Assembly: GCF_006345805.1 (NCBI RefSeq)
Contig: NC_043007.1
Coordinates: 42,408,001-42,472,000 of the forward strand
Length of the DNA stretch: 64,000 nucleotides
Reading direction: 5' to 3'
Source: Octopus sinensis
Lineage: Eukaryota
Part shown: positions 31,845 through 44,770 of the stretch, one piece after another
Layout: the number at the start of each line of letters is the position of its first letter
How positions within the stretch are numbered: position 1 is the stretch's first letter
The notes under the pieces: generated by a model
The model's input: only the letters and a program-made list of their open reading frames with translations
Database searches by the model: none
Told to the model about the DNA's origin: nothing
Position numbers and translations under genes: made by a program

Positions 31845-32465
31845 TTAATTATTTTTTCTTATTATTAGCTCCCAAGTGCCACCAGAGAGCCATTCTTTTT
31901 GCTCATTTTTCCTATTTCTAAGGACTCCTGTGCATGTTTCTTTGTAGACTACCAATATTCATCCGTTGAAGGCAGTAAGCTGGGCAAAAAGCTTAGCAGT
32001 ATCTCATCTGCTTTTATGTTCTGAGGACAAATTCTGTCATGCTGACTTTGTCTTTCACCCTTTCAGGATCCATAAAATAAGTATCAACTGAGCACTGAGG
32101 TCGATTTTCTCCCTCACCCGTAATTGCTGGCCTTGTGCCATAATTTGAAACCAATATTCATCTATTGATGTGTTGTCTGTGATACACTGTAGTACTTTGA
32201 ACCTATTTTCTTAGTGTAAAAGAAAAGCTTCTTTTGTTTCATCCTCTGATTCTGGATGTTGCATTTGTAGCATGGCTTATCACTGACATCTTTGAAGGCC
32301 TTATTTTGGTTTTTCTTAACACCAAATGGTAGTCCAATGTTATATCCACTCCTTTCATCAATCAAGTAGCAATCAAGCTAGACCTCCATTTTATGGGAAT
32401 AGTGATGTGGTCTATTTAGTTTTCTAATTTACCAATCTGGTGGCATTTGTGTCACTTTATGGATT
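31845..32465 (-). mobile_element. Decayed RTE-clade LINE segment (endonuclease end and linker), inverted; contains a SINE at 31964-32149 with a 13-bp TSD
   Basis: Frameshifted remnants HITIPIKWRSS..KGVDITLDYHLV, ENRFKVL, KEWLSGGTWEL; accaatattcatc at 31951-31963 and 32150-32162. Confidence 0.65.
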
Positions 32466-32469
32466 GGAA

Positions 32470-33900
32470 ATAAACTACTGCTAACAAGACGGTAAAAAGA
32501 AGTGCAAAGAAAGACAAAAGAGCCTGCCATGAGAATTGTCATCAATGATGCCAGCATGGAAAATGACATTAAATAATGATGATGATGATGTAGTAGTAGT
32601 AGAGAAAGCTTCACAAAAAGGAAATTGCAGAATCTTGTACAATATCTCAAGAATGTTGATTGAAATATGTTCAAGTAGATCCAAACCAGTTAAAAGCACA
32701 TTAGGACAGTAAATAACAAAGGCATCAGAGAAGGTAAGATGGACTGAACGCTTCCTTAAACTGTTCAATGGGCCCCTACCCACATGCAGATCCACATTGT
32801 CTACTCTTGCCTCCAAAAAAAAAACATAAACTATAAAATCATAAAATCCTCCAGAGATGTTGAAAATCAGAAAAGCTGCAGGACCAGAGTTCCACATGAA
32901 TTTTTTAGGCTACTCCCCACCCCCTACTAAAGCAGATATGGATGGAAGGCAGAGTGTTCAAGGAAAGGAAGGAAGGCTATCTGATGAAAGTACCAATAAA
33001 AGTGAGAATAAGAACTGGTGAGGTATTATGCTTCAGTCAGTATCAAGGTACTTGTAAAAATCACTTTTGAAAGACTGAAAAATTCCATACAAGCCATATT
33101 AAGAGCAGAGTAAGCATGATTTATGGAGGGATAGTTTTATAACCAGAGTCTTACACTTTTGATTATCACTGAACAGTTGCAAAAATAGCAGGCTCCTCTC
33201 TTTCTCAGCTTCAGCTTTGGAAAAGATTTTGATAGTATTAACAGGAAAGTGATTTAAGGGTCTAATCCACCATTACAGAATTTTCATCGCACTCACTAAT
33301 ATCATTCATTGTAAAGTGATACACAAGTGCTTGTCATCACCAATGATCTTCATGACACCAATTTACTGGGTGATATGTCAAACTATGCAGGCTGAAAGTG
33401 CAAGTCTACAGATCTAGACTATAGAGAAGACATTTTTCTGGTGTACCACTATGTTTGAGATATGCAGAAAAAGACAGACAGGCTAACAGAAATAGCAGTG
33501 AAACTTGGACAGAAGGTTATCATTGGAAAAACAGATCATAAAAATTCAAAGTGATGCCTCTGGTGCTGCCATGGTTGAAAATCAAATATCTATGAAGTGT
33601 GTTCACAGCTGAAGGGCTCCAAACTAAGACATGGAAGACTAAATTAAGCCTTCAATGTTTCAAAGTCTGTCATGAAGGCGAAATCTCTATCTAGACATAT
33701 TAAACCAAGAATTTTCAATAGCAATATCAAATCTGTCCTGCTGTAGGGTGCCAAGTTTGCATGTATTCTCAGAAAGCTGCAGGTATTCATTAAGAGGCGT
33801 CTCTGAAATATCCTAAATGTTAGATTTCCAGAAATTATGAATAACAAAGACCTATTGGCTATCACCTTATAGACATTAGTAGAAAAGGTATTGAAAACAA
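32470..33900 (+). mobile_element. Decayed RTE-clade LINE segment (linker and reverse transcriptase)
   Basis: Remnants ANKTVKRSAKKDKRA, RWTERF..LFN, KAAGP, KNWxGI, KDFDSINR, DLDYREDI, RIFNSNIKSVLL.GA, RKLQVFI. Confidence 0.8.
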
Positions 33901-34604
33901 CAGGGATAATACTGGAATCAATTAAAATGAAAAGTACAAGACAAGATGCATTAAAAGACCAATGTGAAGAGCCTGTGTTCTGCCAGGAATCCAAACAAGC
34001 TAAGATGTCTGCACTATGGCCTAAGTAGTCCACATTTTTCTGAGGTCAATAAACCAAGTGCAAGTCAAATACACACACACACACACACAATATAATTAAC
34101 TATTCTTTTGAATGTGGGACTCCAGCATGGCCTCAGTCATCCTGAAAATTTGCTTTTCTTTTCTGTCTTCCATTTTAATCAATCATCAACTAACTAGCAG
34201 AGCTAATTGGGTATTGAACCACCAGTGAAGGGTTTAATGTTTTGCTTCTCTATCACTAACATTGAGTTATATTGTTGAACGGTCAGCCCATCAGTTCCTG
34301 AGTCAATACCATAGGTTGATAAAGCTCATTACTGTATTTTGTTAGCTCAGCTCAATATTTTCCCATAAGTATTGTTAATAATGCTTGATCCTAGGTTAAC
34401 CGTGATCAAAGCAATTCATATGTAACCATATGTAATTCTGTATATCAGGAATTGCATTGCCCAATTTATCCTTCTTTATATAAAACAGTAGGGTATGATT
34501 TGTGGGAGATTTGGCAGCAATTTTTAGGCTGTCAAACAACCACATAATAGCCACCCTTGTTAGCATGTTCCTGTGAGTATAGCTTGGAGAGGTAGCTGAC
34601 CTCT

Positions 34605-34821
34605 TATTTCTTTACTGCCCACAAGGGGCTACACACAGAGGAGACAAACAGATTAAGTCGATTATATCGACTCCAGTGCATAACTGGTACTTATTTAATC
34701 AACCCCGAAAGGATGAAAGGCAAAGTCGACGTTGGCGGAATTTGAACTCAGAACATAGCGGCAGATGAAATACCACTAAGCATTTCACCTGGCACACTAA
34801 CATTTCTGCCAGCTCACCATA
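34605..34821 (-). mobile_element. Young family-B SINE with perfect 17-bp TSD agaggtagctgacctct
   Basis: TSD at 34588-34604 and 34822-34838; near-identical copies at 35938-36172 and 43476-43670. Confidence 0.9.
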
Positions 34822-35937
34822 AGAGGTAGCTGACCTCTGCCACACAGCTTAACCCAAGAAGTCATGATGGTTACTCAAAATTCCAATAGGTTATGAAACT
34901 CATCTTCATCCACCACCATCACAAAAGTTGTTGTTGTGTGCTGTACTTATTAATGTTTTCTTGATTTTGTTTAACCCCTGTTCAAAAAGATCTACAATGA
35001 AAGGCAATTCAGCCTTGAATATTCTGTCTTTTTTTGTATATTTAGAACTACATTGTCTAATGTGTCCTCTCTGCATGAAGACAGTAGGGTGTGACATGAG
35101 AAAATTTGGTTGCTTTATTCTAGTGGCCATATTGCTTTATTGTAGTGGATTCCTCTTGGGCTTATGAGACAATCAGTGTATTAGTTTGATAGACATTGTT
35201 TTATCCCCGGTCAATCTTGATTTATCAAAAGCATTTAATCCATGACTATTCAGTTGTTTTTAATGGTTTCCTTCTAAGTTTCTAGAGTGGCATCATGTAA
35301 TGTTTTCTGTGTTAGTTAAAATATAGGGTTGACCAAAACTTGTGAATGGATTTGGTAGGCAGAAACTGAAAGAAGCCTTGTGCATGCATGCGTGTGTGCA
35401 GAGCCAGTTTTAAGTCAATTAGACAGATTTGTTCAAATCGGGACCCTCACCAAGAGAAGGCCTCATGCACATGCTTGAGTGGAGGATGCTATTAAAAGTT
35501 TTTAGTATATCATTAGGGCTAATGGTGAAGTTTCAAACCCTCAATGCTTTTTTGCTAGGACTGGCATACTACATAAAACATCAATCTTCAGCTTTTGTAT
35601 ATTAGAGGGCCTTGCTGTCATTTCTTTAATTGGGCCACATACTTCCTAGCACCAACCCTGTGTGTATATGTACCCTTGTCTTTACATCATGTGTTGGTTG
35701 TAAATAAGTATCATCATTCAAGCAATTTTGTTTGTTTCCAGTCTTCCATGAAAAACATGTCTGGCCATGAGGAAACATTACCTTGCTTGGAAGCAAGTGA
35801 GGGTTGGTGACAGTAAAGGCATCTGGCCCAAAGATAATCTGTCTCAATGAATTGTCTAACCCATGCAAGCATACAAAAGTGGACATTAAATGATGAAGAA
35901 GATGATGATGATGTGACCTTAAAGAGATTTTGCTGCT

Positions 35938-36172
35938 GCCTATTTCTTTACTACCCACAAGGGGCTAAACACAGAGGGGACAAACAAGGACAGACACATT
36001 GATTAAGTCGATTACATCGACCCCAGTGCGTAACTGGTACTTATTTAATCGACCCCGAAAGGATGAAAGGCAAAGTCAACCTAGGCGGAATTTGAACTCA
36101 GAACGTAACAGCAGACGATATACGCCTACGCATTTCGCCTGACGTGCTAACGTTTCTGCCAGCTCACCGCCT
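35938..36172 (-). mobile_element. Young family-B SINE
   Basis: CpG-retaining copy: ggcggtgagctggcagaaacgttagcacg...gttctgagttcaaattccgcc...ccccttgtgggtagtaaagaaatagg. Confidence 0.9.
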
Positions 36173-36429
36173 TTGTTTCAATTACTTTTGAAAATGAGTA
36201 AATTTAGTAAAATAACTTTGTCATTATTAAACTGGTGCTTGAAACATAAATTAACATGAAATTTTGATGGATGGTTTTAACTTAGACTGCTTTAAAATGT
36301 TCTATCAAGTTTGCTTCATAGAGCCAGGGGCAGATTGGTATCAAAAGGATCAGACTCTAAAGGAACATTCATATAGAAAATATACTATCAGATGGCATAG
36401 CGAAACAATCCATAGCAATGGTAACTCAC

Positions 36430-36539
36430 CTTTCCACGGATGGGGTAGTTTATCTTTTTCCGACAATCATAGCAATGTTCATAGGAAATCTTTTCAATCA
36501 AACTATCATCTGTCTTGTCCCATGGGGCTTTCAGTTTGT
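36430..36539 (-). CDS. C2orf73: C2orf73/CIMIP6-like exon 3 (KLKAPWDKTDDSLIEKISYEHCYDCRKKINYPIRGK)
   Basis: ttacag acceptor and gtgagt donor, phase 1 to 0; ISYEHxYDxR..PIRGK resembles C2orf73 ISFIHQYDARK..PLQGK. Confidence 0.88.
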
Positions 36540-37565
36540 CTGTAATAGCAGGTAATAAACTATTAATTATTTTAATGAGACAAAGAGTTATAATTTCCTT
36601 GCTTATAAGGGAAACATTTTACCAACTGAATAACCTAAATATATTACTGGTGTTCACTTTATAAATTCAAAAACCACAGTCAAGACCAATGGAAGACAAT
36701 AGTGCTACAACTTCTAATTAGCAAAGGATACAATGAGCAAATGAGATATGTGACGTCTGTAACTGTGCCTAGTGAAATTACAAGTTGTAAGTGATAGATG
36801 ATGTCTTGAATTTTACATTGATTAGATTTTAAACCCAGATAACATATCTGCTATCTTATACCTGGTTCAGTCATTGGACTGTGGCTATGTTTGGGTACCA
36901 TCTTGAAAGGTTTTTAGTCAAAAAATCTACACCAGCACTTTTTCTTTAAGCTTGATGCTTATTTTATCAGTCGCTTTTGTCAAACCACTAGGTTCTGTGG
37001 ACATAAACAAACCAACATCAATTGTCAAGTGGTATGGGATAGTGACACACAGACCCCCCCCCCCCAACACACACATATATATATTCTTTTATTCTTTTAC
37101 TTGTTTCAGTCATTTGACTGCAGCCATGCTGAAACACCACCTTAAAGGTGAAGAAATTGCCCCCAAGACTTATTCTTTGTAAGCCTAGCACTTATTCTAT
37201 TGGCTCTTTTGCTGAACCACTAAGCTACAGGAACATAAACACCCCAGCATCAGTTGTCAAGCGATGGTGGGGGAACAAACACTGACACACAAACACATAA
37301 ATATATATATATATATGATGGGCTTCTTTCAGTTTCCGTCAACCAAATCCACTTGTAAGGTTTTGGTCGACCTGAGGTTATAGAAGACACTTGCCCAAGG
37401 TGCCATACAGTGGGACTGAACCCGGAACCATGTGCTTGGTAAGCAAGCTACTTACCACACAGCCACTCCTGCGCCTATATTACTTCTTTCAGTAAGATAT
37501 TAACAGACAAGGTGTCATACATACATACATATATATATATATGTATATGTATACACACACACACA

Positions 37566-38779
37566 CAGGAGATGGACAAAATAATGGAAACACCTTCAAA
37601 TTTCAAACAGATTTATTTTAATATGGGGTAGGACTGCCTTTTGCAATAATTACAGATTCAATTCTATGAGGTATGGACTCATACAAAGTTTGAATTGTTT
37701 CCAAAGGAATTTTTGTCCATTCTTCAGCTAAAACAGTCTCCAGTTCTTGTAGTGATGATGGTGGAGGATATCGACTTCTTACTTGTTTTTCTAAAATGCA
37801 CCATAAATGTTCAATAATATTGAGATCTGAGGACTGTGGTGGTCAGGTAAGATGTTCAGCTTCACTTGAATGTTCTTCGTGCCATTCAGTAACAACGGTA
37901 TCTGTATCAATCCCTGCATTATCATCCTGAAAGATTGTGTTTCCCTCCAGAAACTGTTCCACAACCATAGAATGAATTTGATCAGATAAAATGCTTAAAT
38001 AGTCTTGACTATTAATTTTACCATGAAGGGAAACCATTGGGCCAGCGAATTTCCAAGATATAGCCCCACCAAATCATCACAGATCCTCCTCCATGTTTAA
38101 CAGGTGGGAGAAGGCAGTCTGGGTAAAATGCTTCTTTTGGCCATCTCCACACATATACTCACCAGTGGTCAGAAATAAAGTAAAGGGTGACTCGTCCAAG
38201 AAAATAACATTCTTCCACTGCTCTAAAGTAGTGGTTTTCTGATTGCAACCCTCCCACATGAAATCCAGCTTTGTGCAGCTCCCAGCAAACAGTTTTAGAG
38301 GAAACTGGGTTCCTGAGGTGGTCATTAAGCTCTGCAGTAATTTTGGGAGCTGTAATTTTGTGGTCCTTTCTAACAATTCGCATAAGAGTCTGATAGTCCT
38401 GATCTGAAAGTTTTGGTTTTCTTCCAAAAGTTTTGTTTCAAAAAGGAGGTTTTTCCCTCCTTCTCAAAGACTGTCATTACTTTCAATACAGTACTTTTTG
38501 ATACACCAAACATTTCAGCTGTTTTTGTTACACTAGCACCTGCCATATGAGCACCAACAATTTGACCTCTTTGAAAGTCCGATAGATCTGTTTTTTTTAA
38601 TGAATTTTAATTACCTTTTTCTGATGATATCTGAAAAGAAACAGCAACTTTAGCAAAACATATTAAGCAACACTAACAATAAATCAAAAAACAAAAATAA
38701 ACAAGCTTTTGATGGTTTTATAGATATTTCAAAATTATAATGCTATGATGCTAGGTTATTCCATTATTTTGTCCAACCC

Positions 38780-38782
<3 letters not shown>
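37566..38782 (-). mobile_element. Tc1-family DNA transposon (~1.2 kb) with decayed DDE transposase
   Basis: ~30-bp TIRs caggagatggacaaaataatggaa / ttccattattttgtccaacccctg; remnants WKNVIFLDES, IFQDDNA, WPPQSSDLNIIEHLW; TA/CA-rich flanks. Confidence 0.92.
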
Positions 38783-38819
<37 letters not shown>

Positions 38820-39827
38820 GGAAAGTTTACGAAAATAAACAAAAGACAAAGGCAGGTGGTGTACAAAACAAACAGATGTATTAGTATAACGCTCAGGAAT
38901 AGAAAAAGTCTTTTACGTTTCGAGCCTACGCTCTTCTACAGAAAGATACACAGAAAAAAACAAGGAGAGAAAAAAAATGTGTGTAGTAGCTAACACCCAC
39001 ACACACACACACAACAGGCATCTGTCAAATCCACTGATAAGGTTTTGATTGGCTCAGAGCTATAGTAAAAGACGTTTGTCAAATGTGACCCACGTTGGGA
39101 CTGAACAAAAACAATGTGGTTGGGAAGCAAACTTCTTACCACACAGCTTACATAAAATAACAAAACTAAATATTGTTAACATATTTACACATTTCTATCA
39201 ACTGAAATGTATTTCATGTAAATAACAGTAGAATACATTTAGAAATTACCAGTAGTTTACACTACACCATCATCACTATCATCCTTGTAATAGGGTGGTA
39301 GACTTTATCACCAGTGTAATACTGCCACCTGATCTTTATATGCAGAATACGTTATTGCAAACTTTTGAAGGCAGAAAAGGAACCAAACGAAAAGAATGGG
39401 TTAAGATGGGGTTAGTGATAATATAGTCAGCAGTTTTTAGAGAAGCATGGATTGTTGTAGGAAGCTGTAGAAAAGGAGGATACAGCTCTGTGATGGGGCC
39501 CATGTTTGAAGATCAATGGAAAAAGTATCAAAACAAAGACACATTACATATGAACAGCAAAATGAAGAAGCTTCTATGCAGAAATAGCAGTCAAATACCC
39601 ATTCTACTATATCAAATGAGAATGGATGATACGTTGGATAACCATGTATGAAAAAAAAAACTCATTGGAAATTGAAAATTGATTTGAATTTAATTTTCTT
39701 TTTAGACAAAATAAAAATTTGAATAAATGAAAAAAAAAAGGTATGATGGTCACTGCTGGAATGTCTTTGATCATAAGTCTACTTAAGCAAGGAAGACCCG
39801 GGGCTAAATAAAAACAACAAAACTTAC

Positions 39828-40237
39828 ATGGTTTCATCTTGTCCTTCTCTACTTTTCTACTTGCTGACACGGCAAAGGTAGAGTAATCTCTTCGAGAAAT
39901 TGTACCATGTCCATATGGTGGTTGTGGAAATTTCTCTTGATGAAGGGTTGGTGCTATCCAGTGTCCTTCAGGCTGACCCTCTGTCTGCATATAACATACT
40001 GGTCTGTTGAGCATGTGGTAGTTTTGTCTCAGAAAGCCACAAGTCTTGTGGTAAGGATTATTGGCACGGTAATCATACAGTGATGAAGACAGGACCTTAG
40101 TATCATAAGACAAAATATTTGGACGCTTGTTTCCATAGATTCCAAGTGGATCCTGGGCCCGAATAGCAGGAGATGTATCTGGGTATTTTCTTACATTACT
40201 GTCTTCATTATAGCAAACAACACGAAAGGTATTTGGG
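39828..40237 (-). CDS. C2orf73: C2orf73/CIMIP6-like exon 2 (410 nt; GFLRQNYHMLNRPVCYM...HW...PPYGHGTISRRDY)
   Basis: (ct)n-catttag acceptor and gtaagt donor, fully open, phase 2 to 1; resembles C2orf73 FINTNARTYNEP...WW...PPYDSKSTQRSDF. Confidence 0.88.
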
Positions 40238-40429
40238 CTAAATGAGAGAGAGAGAGAGAGACGGACAGACAGAGACTACATAAGATAGTTTGTTCACAAC
40301 TGGCCACCCTGGAACTATGTACAAAACAGCTGCAAACAACAGAACAAAAAAAAAACATTTCTGTTTTGGAACAGTGGATATTGAAGCACATAAAGCTATA
40401 AATAATAACTAGCACTCTGTTGGTCATGA

Positions 40430-40725
40430 CGATGAGTGTTCCAGTTGATCCAACCAACAGAACAGCCTGCTCATGAAATTAACGTGCAAGTGGTTGAGCA
40501 CTCCATAGATGCATGTACCCTTAATGTAGTTCTCAGAGAGATTCGGCATGACACAAAATGTAACAAGACTGGCCCTTTGAAATACAGGTACTATCCAGTT
40601 CTGCCAGCTGAGTGAACTGGAGCGATGTGAAATAAAGTGCTTTGCTCAAGGACACAACGCCACTGCCAGGAATTGAACTCATGACCTTATGGTCATGAGC
40701 TGAATACCCCTAACCACTAAGCTAC
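40430..40725 (-). mobile_element. tRNA-headed CORE-like SINE
   Basis: Reverse strand reads tagcttagtggttagg...gagttcaattcctgg...gtgtccttgagcaaagcactttatttcac. Confidence 0.7.
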
Positions 40726-41471
40726 ATATACAAGAGCATATAGATAATGGGTTAGATAGAAAAATTCAAAGGTGGCTGTCAACAGCATACAATTTTCACT
40801 GGTAAGAATAAATTTACTAAAATGAATAGAGAAATTCAAAGGACTGATTTGGTTCAATGGTAGAAAGCCTGTCATGTCTACAGGGGATGTGGGTTCTTGT
40901 CATAAAGGTAGCTTTTGAATTTTTATATCCAAAAGTGGATTTTCAATTCAATATTTACAAGCTTATTTATAGCTCTATGCGTATGTGAGCATTGAGATCC
41001 ATTGTTCCAAAACTAATTATTTCACCTTCTCTTGAAAGTTTATATGATGTCAACAATTATAACATTTGTTTCAAAGATAGCAATGTCTGTTTTTTTTTTG
41101 TCTTTTTTTTTGTTTTGTTTTTGTTGGGGTTTTTTTTGCTATTTAAAACTCATTGGAAATTGAAAATTGATTTGAATTCAATTTTCTTTTTAGAAAAAAA
41201 TAAAAATTTGAATAAATGAAAAAAATTTCTAATGATAAAAACAATTTAATTTTGTCAATGCAAAATTTGAACGAATTGAGAAATATCACAAATTGGAGAA
41301 TTCCAAAGCTTATATGTACTCAACTGCAAAAAGGGTAACCATGCAATTGACTAGCATTAGGAGTCCACCAAGCCAATGGGGTGGCATTATTTGAAAGTTA
41401 CAATAATGCAAAGAAGCACATTGTAACAAGCAAAATATAAAAATATCTGATAGTATGGTTAACTTCAGTGA

Positions 41472-41855
41472 TCTCTCTCTATATAAACGGCAGTTTGTCT
41501 CTGTGTGTTTCTGTGTGTCTGTTTGGTTGTACCCTCACCCTGACCACTGCTTTCAACCGATTCTGATGAAACTTGACACACACATAGCCCAATGTCATAA
41601 TTCAAAACTAACGCAGCAAAAATTTTGAAAAGTTCCCCCAGTTCTGAAAAAAATCGATAAATTCGACATGGGGTCGAGAATCAGAAACACAAACCACAGA
41701 CTGTCATGGGGACGCAACTCGACCTTTTTAACTCTCAAAAAAAATTTACCATCATTTTTTTTCCATTTTTTTGCTATTTTTTGGCTATAACTCTCTAAAA
41801 ATGCTTTATAGTTATTTCCCTTACAAACCTGAGCAACGCCGGGCGATACTGCTAG
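41472..41855 (+). mobile_element. Non-autonomous Helitron (384 bp)
   Basis: Inserted A|TC...CTAG|T with no TSD; subterminal GC hairpin cctgagcaacgccggg ~12 bp before CTAG. Confidence 0.75.
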
Positions 41856-42819
41856 TATATATATAAATCTTTAGTTAAATATATTCAATAAGAATATTAT
41901 ATACTGAACTTATATTGAGTGCTCTGTTGTATCAAAGTATCAATACTATTAAAGTATTTATATATTTAATACGAGTGATTATATACATATATATTTTTTT
42001 ATATATAAGATGCTTTAAATACTCAATTCAAAAATAAAAACTTGGATTTTTGTGTGGAATCAAGTATCCTGACCTTCTAATATGCTGCAACTCCTTATTT
42101 TTGTTCAGAAAAAAGGTGTAGCCAATGTCAGTGCTGGCGGCATGTCAAAAGTACAATTCAAGTGTGATTGATGCCAGTGCCATCTGACTGGACCCCATGC
42201 TAGTCACACTTGAAAAGCACCCACTACACTCTCGGAGTGGTTGGCATTATGATGGGCATCCAGCTGTAGAAACTTTGCCAGAACAGACTGGAGTCTGATT
42301 GCAGCCTCCTGGCTTGTCAGTACTCAGCCAAACCGTCCAACCCGTGCCAGCATGGAAACCAGACGTTAAACGATGATGATGATGTATGATATATATAATT
42401 ATGATAGACTGTTACCCACTCAATGTTTAGATAAACTTCATCACACACTCACTCTCTTTCTCTCCACACAAAAATGAAACACATTTCGGCGCCAAAAATT
42501 GCAAAGGGAAAATCTATTCAGGATTATTATATATATTATATCCAATGATTTTAAGAGGTAGGAAGAAGATATTTTGTTAATATTATACTTTTACTTCATT
42601 TCACACATACATGCAAAAACTCGAACGTTTTTTTTAGATGAATTTATCGTTTGTTATCTCTATGCACACTTCGTTATCACCTAACTTCTATAACCTCTGC
42701 ATTTTCACTTATTCATTTCAAACTTCTTTGAATTTTCAATCTATTGTAATCTATACTCTCTCAAAAACGTTATCTAAAATTATGGGTAAAGAAAGAAATA
42801 GCAAAAAATATTTGAAAAT

Positions 42820-43348
42820 GGGGGTGGGGTGAAATTTCCGAGGATTCCACCCCAACCCACCCTGTTTTCTGGACCTAAAAAAGGGTTTTGTAGCATATTA
42901 AGGAAGTCACCGGAATTCAGTCAAAGAAAAAAACAAATTTCCAATGATTCCGAACAAAAATAAGGGGTTTGCAGCATATTAGGAGGTCAGGGTACTTGAT
43001 TCCGTGTTTTTTTTCTTTTTTCTTGGTGAAAATTGTGCGGGTGAAAAGATCAATGGGGGTAGGGGGTGAAATTTCCGAGGCTTCCACCTTGCCCCATCCT
43101 GTTTTCCGGAACCAAAAAAGTGTTTTGTAGCATATTAGCAGGTCACCGGAATTCATTCAACGAAAAAAAAAATTCCAATGATTCTGGGATGGGGGGGGGT
43201 GTTTCCTTCCCCACTTTCCGAGCAAAAAGTAAGGAGTTTCCAGCATATTAGGAGGTCAGGGTACTTGATTCCATGCAAATAATCCGAGTTTTTGTTTTGT
43301 TTTGTTTTTGTTTTCTTAGTGAAAATCGTGAGGGTGAAAGAATCAATT
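42820..43348. repeat. Two diverged tandem units of ~235-290 bp, G/C-run rich, probably internal to a TE remnant
   Basis: ggggtgaaatttccgagg...gtcaccggaattca...cagcatattaggaggtcagggtacttgattcc present twice. Confidence 0.75.
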
Positions 43349-44770
43349 AATACTCCTTATTTTACATTGAGAGAGAAAGAGAGAGAGGGAGAGGATGTAA
43401 ACTCTTAAGAAAGAAACAAATCTAACATTTTAATAGAAATGCTGACAAACTGTGACCGTAAAGCAAATTAATAGCCTGTTTCTTTATTACCCACAAGGGG
43501 TCAAACACAGAGGGGACAAACAAGGACAGACAAACGGATTAAGTCGATTAAGTACCAGTGCATAACTGGTACTTAATTTATCGACCCCGAAAGGATGAAA
43601 GGCAAAGTCGACCTCGGCGGAATTTGAACTCAGAACATAGCGGCAGACGAAATACCGCTAAACATTTCGCCGAAAAAATCGGCTCCACTAAACTCTTAGT
43701 ACTACACCTCTCCACTGTTTAAGTCCGCAATCAGTCAGTAGTTAAGTTATTTTTTTCTTTCATACTTTTTCTTGTTCCAGTCATTTCAGACTGCGGCAAT
43801 GCTGGGGTACCGCCTCGAAGAATTTTAGTTGATTGAATGCACTCCAGTACTTAAAAAAAAAATTTTAAGCCTGGTACTCATTCTGTCAGTTTCTTTTACC
43901 GAACCGCTAGGTTAAGGAGGATATATATACACACACCAACACCGGTTGTCGAGCGGTGAGGGGGTGAACACACACACACACATACATACATACAACGGGT
44001 TTCTTTCAATTTCCATCTATGAAATCCAACTCACAAGGCTTTGGTCAATTTGAAGCTATAGTAGAAGACACTTGGCCAAGGTGCCGTGCATTGGCACTGA
44101 ACCCGGAACCATGAAGTTGGGAAGCGAGCTTCTTACTACACAGCCACGCCTTTTCTTTTTTATTATTTACTTTTATGGAAGACCAGCATAAGAAGGCCCA
44201 TACAACAAATTGCCCCTCTTCACCCATGAATTCTATTTCCTACGCATATTTTTTAACGAAATTTTGCAGATATTCATTTTCTAGGGTGTAGCTGACGATT
44301 AGGTTGATGAAATCTTGAACAAAATAAAAACAAAACTTTTGTGGCGAAGTTTTGTGTTACAGTCCCCCACCGCCGATTTTGTTTTCAAACAAACATTTAA
44401 AATGCATTTTTTTTAAACGAAATTTTGCAGAGATACGGTCCCAATTATGTTGATAAAATTTGAAAAACAACTTTTTTTTATGTAGTCCAGTTCACATCAG
44501 AAACTATGTCGATTTTCTTTAAAATTATGTATTTTAAAGAAAGTTATGAGGAAATAAAATTCGGGTGGGGTGACTCGAAACTATGCTGAAAAAAAATTAT
44601 CTTTTTATCAACAAAATCGCAACCACATCCACGAAAACGTATCACCACAAAATTCCATTGAAAATATATGCATTTTATTTTTCTTTTCAGAAATTTCTGA
44701 GGAAACGTTATCAGGTTGGGGAAGAGGTATCAAAGCTGTAACTGTCACACCAACAACAGCCACCACCTAC

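Noticed and set aside
32481-32897. 138-aa minus-strand ORF
   Set aside because: Antisense shadow of the plus-strand RTE remnant
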